Shown here: in pieces, positions 10,301 through 18,229 of the stretch
How positions within the stretch are numbered: the first letter of the stretch is position 1
Layout of the letters: each line of letters begins with the position of its first letter
NCBI GenBank assembly: GCA_963738555.1
Contig: CAVTXN010000032.1
Coordinates: 25,270 to 89,269, forward strand
From: Terriglobia bacterium
GTDB taxonomy: Bacteria; Acidobacteriota; Terriglobia; Bryobacterales; Bryobacteraceae
Length of the DNA: 64,000 bases
Direction of reading: 5' to 3'
Notes under the pieces: model-generated
The model's input: only the letters and a program-made list of their open reading frames with translations
What the model was told of the DNA's origin: nothing
Databases searched by the model: none
Position numbers and translations under genes: made by a program

Positions 10301-10860
10301 TTTGCCGTCTCCGTGAGCAAACGTTTGAGCTGGCTCTTGGCCTCGAATAGCCAGCTGCGCGAGGTTCCTTCCGGAACTTCCAGAATCGAGGCTATTTCCG
10401 AGTGCCTCAATCCCTCCACTTCGAACATCAGAAACACCAGTCGCTGGCGCTCGCCGATCTGGCCCAGCGCTCGCTCGATCGCGATCTTCATCGGCAGTTT
10501 GTTCTCGCTGTGAAATTCCGCCGGCGCCGCAGACTCCGCGAGACGCTGCCGCTTTCGAATGATGTCGTAACAGCAGTTCAACAGGATCCGATAGATCCAC
10601 GTCGATATCGACGAGTGACCCTCGAAATTCTGCGCCGCCCGGTACACCTTGAGAAAAGTCTCTTGAACGCTGTCCTCCGCGTCCGCCCGGCTACCCAGAA
10701 GATGAAATGCCAGACTCTTCATACGCCCTGAATGTATGGAATACAACGATTCAAAGGCGCGCAGATTCCCACGCTTGCAGCCTTCGGCAAGTTCGGCATC
10801 ACTCGGATTATTGGATAAGCTAGCGGCGAAGTGGAGCGGCAACCCGATCTCCCACACCAT
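10297..10860 (-). CDS. ECF (sigma-70 family group 4) RNA polymerase sigma factor
   Basis: Region 2 (DAEDSVQETFLKVYR, STWIYRILLN) and region 4 (LRHSEIASILEVPEGTSRSWL) are recognisable. Confidence 0.85.
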   Translation of the reverse strand: MVWEIGLPLHFAASLSNNPSDAELAEGCKRGNLRAFESLYSIHSGRMKSLAFHLLGSRADAEDSVQETFLKVYRAAQNFEGHSSISTWIYRILLNCCYDIIRKRQRLAESAAPAEFHSENKLPMKIAIERALGQIGERQRLVFLMFEVEGLRHSEIASILEVPEGTSRSWLFEAKSQLKRLLTETAK

Positions 10861-10984
10861 ATCCCTCGTTTTCGCGCTTTAGACGGCGCTCACAAGCCAA
10901 ACGTTGGGCAATCCCCCCGAATTTTCACAAACAATTTACCGCACACAGGCAGTTCACTGGGTATTAGTTGCTTAAGTAACAACT

Positions 10985-12793
10985 GTGGCGAGGCACGTCC
11001 TTGATCTAACCCTTCTTACACGCACCGGAGCCCTCCTCGGTACGGCTTTCTTCCTCGCAACTACCTTTCGCTACGGCTGGACGCGCCAGACTTCCGACTT
11101 CCCCAACTACTACACAGCAGCTGTGTTAGTGCGCCAGCGAGAGCCCTTGCACAACTACTATGACTGGACTTGGTTCGAGCGCCGGATGATCCAAGCCGGC
11201 TTCGAACAAATTGGCTCGTATATGCCGCAAAGCCCGCTGGCCATGCTGCCCCTGGTCGGTTTTGCCGGCTTGCCTTCCCAGACCGTTAAGCGCATCTGGC
11301 TGGCGGCGAATCTCGCGTTTCTTATTACAACCCTCTGGCTGCTGTCTCGCATGACGCGCTTCCGCGTCGATCAGCTCGCGGTCCTGACACTCCTCGGATA
11401 CGGCACTCTGCATTTCAACTTTCTCTATGGACAGTACTACGTCTTGATCCTCTTCCTTCTGACGCTCGCATTTTACTTTCTGCGCACGAAGGACTCGGGC
11501 TACTCAGGCCTGTTGCTCGCCGTAGCCTTCGCCTTGAAGCTTTATGGCGGTCCCTTCCTCTTCTATCTGGGCGCAAAGCGATGCTGGAGAGCGCTGGTTG
11601 TCATGCTGTCGTCGTCAATCTGCCTCGGCCTGACCGCCGTCGCCATTTTCGGCTGGCATGATATTGCCTACTTCGCTACACGCATTCTCCCTCGTGCTCT
11701 CGAGGGAGAAACATTGGACCCCTACAGCAGCTTGAACGGCACGCTGCCCACTCTGCTGCGCCGTGCATTCGTGCTGGAGCCGGAGCTGAATCCCCATCCC
11801 CTCTGGAACGCTCCGCATCTGTTCTTTTTTCTGCGGCCCTTCTCGACGCTGCTCATTCTGGCGCTCGCGACCCTGGCGGTCCGGAAATCGAGCAACCGGG
11901 CGCGCGACTTTGCGTTGTTCTTCGTGGCGGTCATGCTCATTTCCCCCAACACTGGGTCCTACACATTCGTCTTGCTGCTCTTGCCCGTTATTCTGCTGCT
12001 GAATGAAACGACCTTGCCGCAACACGCTCTCTTCCTCATCTTTTCGTATGTGCTGCTCGGTATCCCTCTCACGCCCGCGTGGAGCTGGCTGTTCCCGAAA
12101 ATCTGGCTGCTTCTCGGTCTGTTTCTCTATGCTGGTCGCAGCAATTGGAGCCGGATTGGAACAAAAGCGGCCATAACTGTCACGGCGGCGATCACGATGT
12201 TTTCACTAATTTCCGCCATCCTGCACTCAACCAGCTACTCGAGAGAGCCGGCCCAGCATTGGGAACGAATCGCGACTCAACCAGGAGCGATGTTGTCATC
12301 GTCTCCTGCCGTTCTTCGCTCCGGAATCGTCTATCAGGCGATTGCGGATGGCGGTTATGTCCTGCGCCAGTTTCGTGACGGGCGCTTCGACGAGTTTGCC
12401 TTTTCCGGTGAGGCTGTTCATCCGGTTGCCCAGTCGCCTGATGGACCAATTCGCTTCGAGCTGCTCAGACATCGTACGTCCGCCATCATGCTATTCGATC
12501 CCGTCCATGGAACGTTGACTCCGGATAGGGCTGTGAACCCGAGCGAAGCGGCCGCGCCTTCTATTTCGCCCGACAAACAGTGGACGGCCTTCACCCGCTC
12601 CCTCGGCGGCAACGAACAGGTGTGGATACAACGCACCGCTGGCGGCGCTCCCATTCAAATAACAGGAGGAAACTGCAACAGCTCCTCACCTGCCTGGGAA
12701 CTCGATTCAAAAGCGATCGTTTTCCAAAGCGATTGTGGTCGCGGTATTGGCTGGACCGCGTTGTATCGCGCACCCCTGGTCCGCTTTCAGTAG
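10985..12793 (+). CDS. Polytopic GT87/DUF2029-like membrane glycosyltransferase fused to a C-terminal TolB/PD40-like beta-propeller
   Basis: The N-terminal ~400 aa are multi-TM and carry a DFPNYYTAA...NYYD motif typical of PimE-like GT87 proteins. The C-terminal ~180 aa carry PD40-like repeats (SPDGPIRFE, SISPDKQWTAF, SSSPAWELDSKAIVFQSD). GTG start. Confidence 0.55.
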   Translation: MARHVLDLTLLTRTGALLGTAFFLATTFRYGWTRQTSDFPNYYTAAVLVRQREPLHNYYDWTWFERRMIQAGFEQIGSYMPQSPLAMLPLVGFAGLPSQTVKRIWLAANLAFLITTLWLLSRMTRFRVDQLAVLTLLGYGTLHFNFLYGQYYVLILFLLTLAFYFLRTKDSGYSGLLLAVAFALKLYGGPFLFYLGAKRCWRALVVMLSSSICLGLTAVAIFGWHDIAYFATRILPRALEGETLDPYSSLNGTLPTLLRRAFVLEPELNPHPLWNAPHLFFFLRPFSTLLILALATLAVRKSSNRARDFALFFVAVMLISPNTGSYTFVLLLLPVILLLNETTLPQHALFLIFSYVLLGIPLTPAWSWLFPKIWLLLGLFLYAGRSNWSRIGTKAAITVTAAITMFSLISAILHSTSYSREPAQHWERIATQPGAMLSSSPAVLRSGIVYQAIADGGYVLRQFRDGRFDEFAFSGEAVHPVAQSPDGPIRFELLRHRTSAIMLFDPVHGTLTPDRAVNPSEAAAPSISPDKQWTAFTRSLGGNEQVWIQRTAGGAPIQITGGNCNSSSPAWELDSKAIVFQSDCGRGIGWTALYRAPLVRFQ

Positions 12794-12825
12794 CGTGCCC
12801 CGGCGCGCGAGATCATCAGCATGAG

Positions 12826-13650
12826 ATGTATTCCCTCGTTTTGCATTGCTGGCCTGACCAAGTCGATCTGCTATCGGGTGACTTGTGGGAAGCAGGCACT
12901 TGTGGAATTCGTGAACTGGAGAACGGCAATGGCTCAACCACGCTCATTGCTGCTTACCAGAGTGACAGCGCGCGCAGCGCGTTGCTCGAAAAGCTTTCCG
13001 GCTTCAAACCTGAGTGGCGATACGAAGCGGACGTCGATTGGGTCCAGGAGACGGAGCGCTCCTGGCCCGCACGCCCGGTAGGCGAGCGCCTGTTACTCGT
13101 CCCGCCATGGTCTACCGCAGCGGCTCCCGAAGGCCGCGAGCGTATCATTCATAATCCTGGCCTGGCATCTGGAACTGGCGAGCACCCTTGTACCCGGCTT
13201 GCTCTGCAGGCGCTCGAACAAACAGTCACGAGCGGTTGCTCGGTACTCGATATCGGTACCGGATCCGGCATTCTTTCCATAGCCGCGCTGCGATTGGGTG
13301 CCGCGGTCGCGGTCGGTTGTGACCTGGATCGAACCGCGCTGCGCGTCGCGCAAGAGAATTTCAAATTGAACGGTCTGGCGGCTGATCTGGTCGCCGGATC
13401 GGCCAACTGCTTCGGCCAAAGTTGCGCGGATATAATCGTCGCCAATATCAACGCAAGTGTTTTGTTGGACCTCGCGGATGAGCTGCTCAGTGTCGTTCGT
13501 CGCACTGGTGTCCTCATCCTCACGGGATTCCCGCATACCGAGTCATATGCGCTCGAGCAGGTATTCGCCCCTTCTGTGATCACCACGGAAAGCAAGTGGG
13601 CCTGTCTTATTTCAAGGCCTGTAGAGCATAACGAGTGGGAAGGAAAGTAG
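12826..13650 (+). CDS. prmA: Ribosomal protein L11 methyltransferase
   Basis: PrmA pattern: HNPGLASGTGEHPCTRL, then the SAM motif VLDIGTGSGILSIAA, then IIVANI. The start is set at internal ATG 12826 because the ORF-track start at 12580 overlaps the upstream gene. Confidence 0.85.
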   Translation: MYSLVLHCWPDQVDLLSGDLWEAGTCGIRELENGNGSTTLIAAYQSDSARSALLEKLSGFKPEWRYEADVDWVQETERSWPARPVGERLLLVPPWSTAAAPEGRERIIHNPGLASGTGEHPCTRLALQALEQTVTSGCSVLDIGTGSGILSIAALRLGAAVAVGCDLDRTALRVAQENFKLNGLAADLVAGSANCFGQSCADIIVANINASVLLDLADELLSVVRRTGVLILTGFPHTESYALEQVFAPSVITTESKWACLISRPVEHNEWEGK

Positions 13651-13756
13651 TCGAAAGGCCCTAGCGTAAATACCCAAACTGAGTTATTATTGAACCCCAG
13701 CTTGCGTATGAGTCGGCCTTGGGGAATTCACGCTGTTTCGAAAATCAAGGAGTATT

Positions 13757-14500
13757 ATGTGGGGAATAATTCCGTCAGCGGGAAACGGCACTAGAATACA
13801 ACCGCTGGCGTTTTCTAAAGAGCTTCTGCCCGTCGGCAGTCGAATGGACGGAGACGTGGAGCGCCCAAGGGCGGTAAGCGAATATCTCGTCGAACGGATG
13901 GTGATTGGAGGAGCGTCGAAACTTTGTTTCGTAATCAGCCCGGGAAAGTCCGACATACTTGAATACTACGGGGGCTGCATAGACGGAGCGAGTATCTGTT
14001 ACGCTGTCCAGCCGAAACCCTCAGGCTTATGCGACGCAATTTTCCGCGCGCTCTCGATGATCAACGAGAACGAGCCTGTGCTCGTTGGACTCCCGGATAC
14101 AATCTGGTTTCCACCGGACGCCCTTCGGTATTTGCCGGACAATGAACTTTCCTTTCTCCTGTTTCCGGTCGACAGGCCCGAGTTCTTTGATGCGGTCGTT
14201 ACCGACGAAAGCGGCCGGGTTCTCGAAGTCCGGGTGAAGCAAAAGCCAGTCGTCACGAAGTGGGTGTGGGGCGCCTTCAAAATGCCCGGTAACGTCCTGC
14301 ATGATTTACACCGGCTCTGGAACCAGCCAGGAAGAGCCGATGAATACGTCGGTACTCTCGTGAACGAGTACTTGAGATTAGGAGGAACGGCTTCCGCACT
14401 GAAGCTCGGAACAGATTACGTAGACGTCGGCACGCTGAATGGTTATCGCGAAGCCGTTCGACTTTTCGACAGGCGCTCGCGGGCCGCAGTTGCCTCTTAA
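13757..14500 (+). CDS. Sugar-phosphate nucleotidyltransferase (NTP_transferase fold)
   Basis: The N-terminal motif IIPSAGNGTRIQPLAFSKELLPV matches the G-x-G-T-R signature. There is a strong AAGGAG SD. Confidence 0.75.
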   Translation: MWGIIPSAGNGTRIQPLAFSKELLPVGSRMDGDVERPRAVSEYLVERMVIGGASKLCFVISPGKSDILEYYGGCIDGASICYAVQPKPSGLCDAIFRALSMINENEPVLVGLPDTIWFPPDALRYLPDNELSFLLFPVDRPEFFDAVVTDESGRVLEVRVKQKPVVTKWVWGAFKMPGNVLHDLHRLWNQPGRADEYVGTLVNEYLRLGGTASALKLGTDYVDVGTLNGYREAVRLFDRRSRAAVAS

Positions 14501-14523
14501 GGCCTTACGCGCGTCCTTCTATC

Positions 14524-14847
14524 TCACCCTTCGGCTCGGCGCTCCTCCCGGCCTCTCTGACCGAACAGTTCGTCAGAAAAGAGACCACGGCCGCCGCGAT
14601 TCATCAGCATGATAAGCAGCAGTGGAAACATGTTTGAAGACATTGTCTGCGGAGCCGGTGTTGGCATTGGAGCCGGCGGAGGGCAGCTCGAAACAGTAGT
14701 GCCCGTCCCCGAAGTTGTAGCGGGTTGAGCTCCAAATCCGAAGCCGCCGCTGCTGACCAGCGACAACATCAGTAGAAGTCTCCTGTCGAAATCTTTGCCG
14801 CCAAGCAGCAGGCCCAGGAGAAGTAGATTTGTAAATTGCGGATCCAT
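14524..14847 (-). CDS. Hypothetical small protein with hydrophobic segments and Gly/Thr- and Pro-rich tracts
   Basis: 107-aa ORF, last in the same-strand run after the S53 peptidase. An AAAGGA SD-like sequence lies upstream. I recognise no family. Confidence 0.35.
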   Translation of the reverse strand: MDPQFTNLLLLGLLLGGKDFDRRLLLMLSLVSSGGFGFGAQPATTSGTGTTVSSCPPPAPMPTPAPQTMSSNMFPLLLIMLMNRGGRGLFSDELFGQRGREERRAEG

Positions 14848-14897
14848 GCGACATCCTTTCCCAAGATTAAAAACAAACTAACAACTATCTTTACTTT

Positions 14898-15380
14898 CTA
14901 GGCAGCCGGTTCTGCTCCGATCAAGTCACTTAACATATCGAAGACACTGGTCGCGACGGTAAAGAAGTCAAGTAGAAAATTTTGCGAGGGCTGATAGTGA
15001 ACTATCTCTCCGGTCATGGGGTCTAAGCCCCTGATCGGTTCACCCCATTCCACCGTTCCCGGATTAAGAACATAGAGCAGGGTCAATGGAATGTCAGCCA
15101 CTACTATCAGCTGATCCTGTTTCACACTGTCGACCGGAATTCGAAAAACGCCGGGATCTCCGGGCATTACGAGCGGGGTGACATCGACTAAATAGTCTTT
15201 TTCAGGAAGTTTACTGACGTACCGCCCGCCCTGCGTACGAACCGCCAAGCCCGAGAGACTCAGCGCAAAATTGTTCGAGACATCTTTTCCGAGTTGCACT
15301 CCGAAAAGGGAACTGAAACTGAACGGCGAGAACTGCTGTTCAGTGCCTGCCAGACTTATCGGTGGTCTATAGTGCAGCAT
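14898..15380 (-). CDS. Hypothetical protein (160 aa), immediately downstream of the S53 peptidase
   Basis: The ORF starts 12 nt after the peptidase stop, with AAGGA upstream. The composition is protein-like. I recognise no family. Confidence 0.5.
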   Translation of the reverse strand: MLHYRPPISLAGTEQQFSPFSFSSLFGVQLGKDVSNNFALSLSGLAVRTQGGRYVSKLPEKDYLVDVTPLVMPGDPGVFRIPVDSVKQDQLIVVADIPLTLLYVLNPGTVEWGEPIRGLDPMTGEIVHYQPSQNFLLDFFTVATSVFDMLSDLIGAEPAA

Positions 15381-15392
15381 GCTCTCTTATCC

Positions 15393-17027
15393 TTATTGGC
15401 GCAATGCCTGAAGTATCAGCTCGCCATTCGGCGTGCCTAAGCCCGTACAGGGATCCCAACCAGGCCGGGCCGAGTAGCCACCGACACGCTCTGTGGTGTC
15501 GTTGTTACCTTGCAATACGCCGCGCATCGCGCCGGGCAGCTGTGAGATTGTGCTGTACAGCAGAGGGTTCAGAAAACCGACCGGCTGACCCAAGCTCTCG
15601 TTGAGAAGGGCGGTAAGGCCCGCCCATAAAGGAGCGACTGCGCTGGTTCCGCCCCATACTGAGTCCACGCCGTCGATGCGGATGTTGTAACCGGTCTTCG
15701 GATCAGCATTGCCGGCAACATCGGGAACGCCGCGCCCGATACGGCCGTCGGGATTCGCCGAGGGTGGAACAGAGCTCGCGACTTGATAGAACGGTGGGTC
15801 AAAGAAATCGCTGACTCCGCCGCCCGTCCCACCCGAGTGGCCATCATTCCAGACCACTTCCCTCGCGATGGTCTGGCCATCCGTTGAAATTAGCCGCGTG
15901 CCGCCGCAGGTCGTGGCATACGGACTGGAGCCTGGGAAATCCGCGTGAGCGATCGAGGCGGGATCGATTCCGTCATTCGAGCCGTCGTCGCCAGCCGCAA
16001 CGAAAACGCTGATGCCCATCGCAGCTGCCGCCTGGAAAGCCTCATCGAACGAGATCATGTCGCTTGCCGTCCACTCTGATTCGGCCGCGCCCCAGCTGAT
16101 CGAAAGAATGGAAGGCTGATTGATTTCATCGTGAATGGCGGTTGAAACAGCATTGAGGAAGCCCTGATTGGCCGTGGTCCCAAAGTAGACCACCTGCCGT
16201 GCCCCGTTGGCGACCGCGCCCGCCACCTCAATGTCCAACATGACCTCAGAGTCCGCGCCGTTGGGATTACCTGTTGGATCATTTTGGCTGCCGGCCGGGA
16301 CGTAGGAAATATCGATATTGGATAACCCGAGTTGCTTGAAATAGGTCCGCAGGTCTCTTTTCCGATATCCTCCTTTTAGCTCGATCATCGCTATCGTTTG
16401 GCCTTTGCCGGTTACGCCGGACGGGAAATTGTAGAGCTTCGCGATCTGGTCAGGGTTAAAGGACGTGGCCCCCAGATTCGGTTTGAATCCGCCTGTGCGG
16501 GGAAACGGTTTCGAACGTGGATTGGCTGTCGGCCGGTTATCCAGCCCGAGCACGTTTACGATATTCCCGTCGAATCCGGATGGAACGGTGAGAGGACCAA
16601 CGTAAGTGCGGAATACATTGCCGTCCTTATCTTCAACCCGTACCACGTCCACGCCGAACGCTCGACTAAAGCTCCGCACGCTGCCCCGCAGTTTGACCCT
16701 GCGCGAGCCCAATTTTCGAGCACGGTTTTTCGGGCCAAGCCCATCGCCAACCAGTTGAAGACCGAACTCGCGCGCGAGTCGCCTCAAGGGTTGGATATCG
16801 GAAGACCCGATGCCATGCTCGCCCGCGAACTCTTGCCGCGTCAAGTGCCGGCGCTGCCGGAGTCCATTGTTCACCAGACAATCGGTCGACGACCGCAGCC
16901 GGTCATTGGCAGGTCTCATATGAACGGTGACCTGAATCGTGCGCTGCGGGTTTGCCCGCCCGATAATGACAGCGCCGCTCGGAAGCGCGCGCTCCGTGCC
17001 TTTAAGAACCGCAGTATTCATATCCAT
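15393..17027 (-). CDS. S53 (sedolisin/kumamolisin-like) serine-carboxyl peptidase with pro-kumamolisin activation domain
   Basis: It has an N-terminal propeptide domain. Catalytic-region motifs are DSEVMLDIEV, SISWG, AAGDDGS and GGTSAVAPLWAGL. Confidence 0.85.
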   Translation of the reverse strand: MDMNTAVLKGTERALPSGAVIIGRANPQRTIQVTVHMRPANDRLRSSTDCLVNNGLRQRRHLTRQEFAGEHGIGSSDIQPLRRLAREFGLQLVGDGLGPKNRARKLGSRRVKLRGSVRSFSRAFGVDVVRVEDKDGNVFRTYVGPLTVPSGFDGNIVNVLGLDNRPTANPRSKPFPRTGGFKPNLGATSFNPDQIAKLYNFPSGVTGKGQTIAMIELKGGYRKRDLRTYFKQLGLSNIDISYVPAGSQNDPTGNPNGADSEVMLDIEVAGAVANGARQVVYFGTTANQGFLNAVSTAIHDEINQPSILSISWGAAESEWTASDMISFDEAFQAAAAMGISVFVAAGDDGSNDGIDPASIAHADFPGSSPYATTCGGTRLISTDGQTIAREVVWNDGHSGGTGGGVSDFFDPPFYQVASSVPPSANPDGRIGRGVPDVAGNADPKTGYNIRIDGVDSVWGGTSAVAPLWAGLTALLNESLGQPVGFLNPLLYSTISQLPGAMRGVLQGNNDTTERVGGYSARPGWDPCTGLGTPNGELILQALRQ

Positions 17028-17088
17028 GCACTCTCAGAACTGGACCGCGATTTAGAGCGCGCTTCCCGCTCGAGTTGAAAAAATACCG

Positions 17089-17406
17089 TTAACCGCGAAA
17101 CCGGTCAGAACCCGATCTCGATGTCAGCGCGCCCTTCAAGATATCTTCTATTGCCTTGACGTGATCTAATCTGGCTTCCAACCACAGCCGGCGAGACTCG
17201 AGATTGCGAAGCCATAGCTCAATTTTGTGAACTCGCTCCGGGCTGAGGACACGACTGCGCAACTCATCCGCCAGTTGGACCTGCCTTTCACGAGCCCTGT
17301 TTTTCCATCTCGCGAGAAAAACATGACCCTGAGCGCGCCGTCCACCCGCAAGTTCATCGGCAGATTCCGAGCTTTTTCTTATCGGGTTGGGTCCGGAGCG
17401 AGCCAC
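17089..17406 (-). CDS. Hypothetical charged, helical protein (105 aa)
   Basis: The ORF lies 61 nt upstream of the S53 peptidase on the same strand. It looks coiled-coil-like (RVHKIELWLRNLESRRLWLEARLDHVKAIEDILK). No family recognised. Confidence 0.4.
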   Translation of the reverse strand: MARSGPNPIRKSSESADELAGGRRAQGHVFLARWKNRARERQVQLADELRSRVLSPERVHKIELWLRNLESRRLWLEARLDHVKAIEDILKGALTSRSGSDRFRG

Positions 17407-17451
17407 ATATCCTCCATCACTGAAACACTACTCTGTCGCCGATCCCGGAAG

Positions 17452-17485
17452 GTGGGCTTCAGCCCGCGCGTGGCTTCAGCCACGC
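17452..17485. repeat. REP-like double hairpin, GTGGGC-TTCA-GCCCGC followed by GCGTGGC-TTCA-GCCACGC
   Basis: Two adjacent perfect or near-perfect stem-loops sit in an intergenic spacer. A 23-nt core (CCGCGCGTGGCTTCAGCCACGCC, 17464-17486) recurs exactly at 63884-63906. Confidence 0.6.
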
Positions 17486-17544
17486 CTGCTGCAGAGCCGC
17501 GACCATAAGGGAGCGGTTACTCGAAGCGAGCGGTTCCCCGGGCT

Positions 17545-17988
17545 TCAGAATAAACTGCCCAAAATGCCCGTGATCGGTCCGATGATACCTCCCAAACCAC
17601 CACCTCCGCCGCCGCCACCGTGCCTGCGACGCGCCTTGAGAATTCGTTTCGCTGCCCGTTTATGAACGTGCGCCTTGATGAGGTGTTGCGCCACCTTCTT
17701 TTGCACGCGTTTGCTTACTCCACGCTTGCCGGCACTTGCTCCACGCTTGCCCGCACTTGCTCCACGCTTGCCGGCACTGCGCCGTTGCGCATGTCTGCTG
17801 ATACCACCCGCTTGCGCGCGCCGTCCGGCACTGCGCCGCTGCGCTCGCTTGCCCATACCGCCACGCCTTGCGCGCGTCGGCCGATCCCGCGCCGCTGCGC
17901 CCTCCTTTGAGATCTGCGCCCTGCCATATCTTCTCCCTTCTGCTGTCAAAGTCCGTTTTGTTGGCTCGGTACTCACGGTGCCGAGCAT
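17545..17988 (-). CDS. Hypothetical very basic repeat protein with a poly-Gly tract and a hydrophobic C-terminal tail
   Basis: 147-aa ORF with the repeat RRSAGKRGASAGKRGASAGKRG, encoded by 21-bp tandem DNA repeats. It ends in RRRHGGGGGGGGLGGIIGPITGILGSLF. The opposite strand is also open here, so coding status is uncertain. Confidence 0.4.
   Translation of the reverse strand: MLGTVSTEPTKRTLTAEGRRYGRAQISKEGAAARDRPTRARRGGMGKRAQRRSAGRRAQAGGISRHAQRRSAGKRGASAGKRGASAGKRGVSKRVQKKVAQHLIKAHVHKRAAKRILKARRRHGGGGGGGGLGGIIGPITGILGSLF
17719..17781. repeat. Tandem repeat, 3 x 21 bp (TCCACGCTTGCCGGCACTTGC and variants)
   Basis: Read directly from the sequence. The repeat is in frame within ORF 17545-17988. 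Confidence 0.8.
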
Positions 17989-18229
17989 TACCGTGCGTGG
18001 CCGCGAGCAGTCCCCGTTTGTCGCAGACGATTTATATCGTCTCGTTATGTTCGTGGACGCAGCCGCATGAGTAGGATATATCAGTACGCAACAGTGGTCA
18101 AGGATTTTTTTCTACTAGCGCGCCTAGCAGTTTCTCCCCTGCGATGATACGATCTGAGATAACCTGGCTGGTCCACCTCCGACCATCGCGTTTTGCCACA
18201 CTCAACCGCGTTCCGCCGGAAGCACTGAC

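Noticed and set aside
10301-10600. 100-aa N-terminal extension of the anti-sigma ORF, and similarly 9658-9747 for the DUF4097 ORF and 19941-20069 for the sulfotransferase
   Set aside because: Each extension lies inside the preceding gene. The internal starts create classic ATGA, TAATG or short overlaps and sensible N-termini.
12580-12825. N-terminal 82-aa extension of the prmA ORF
   Set aside because: It overlaps the 3' end of the upstream gene in another frame, and its sequence is not PrmA-like. The internal ATG 12826 gives a normal PrmA N-terminus.
17719-17781. Possible CRISPR-like repeat
   Set aside because: The units are directly tandem (21 bp with no spacers) and in frame within an ORF. 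This is a coding tandem repeat, not a CRISPR array.
17620-18074. Plus-strand ORFs of 96, 131 and 68 aa over the repeat region
   Set aside because: They mirror the same GC-rich repeats. They have no SD and no plausible start context. The minus-strand ORF, with its poly-Gly and hydrophobic tail, is the more protein-like reading, though still uncertain.
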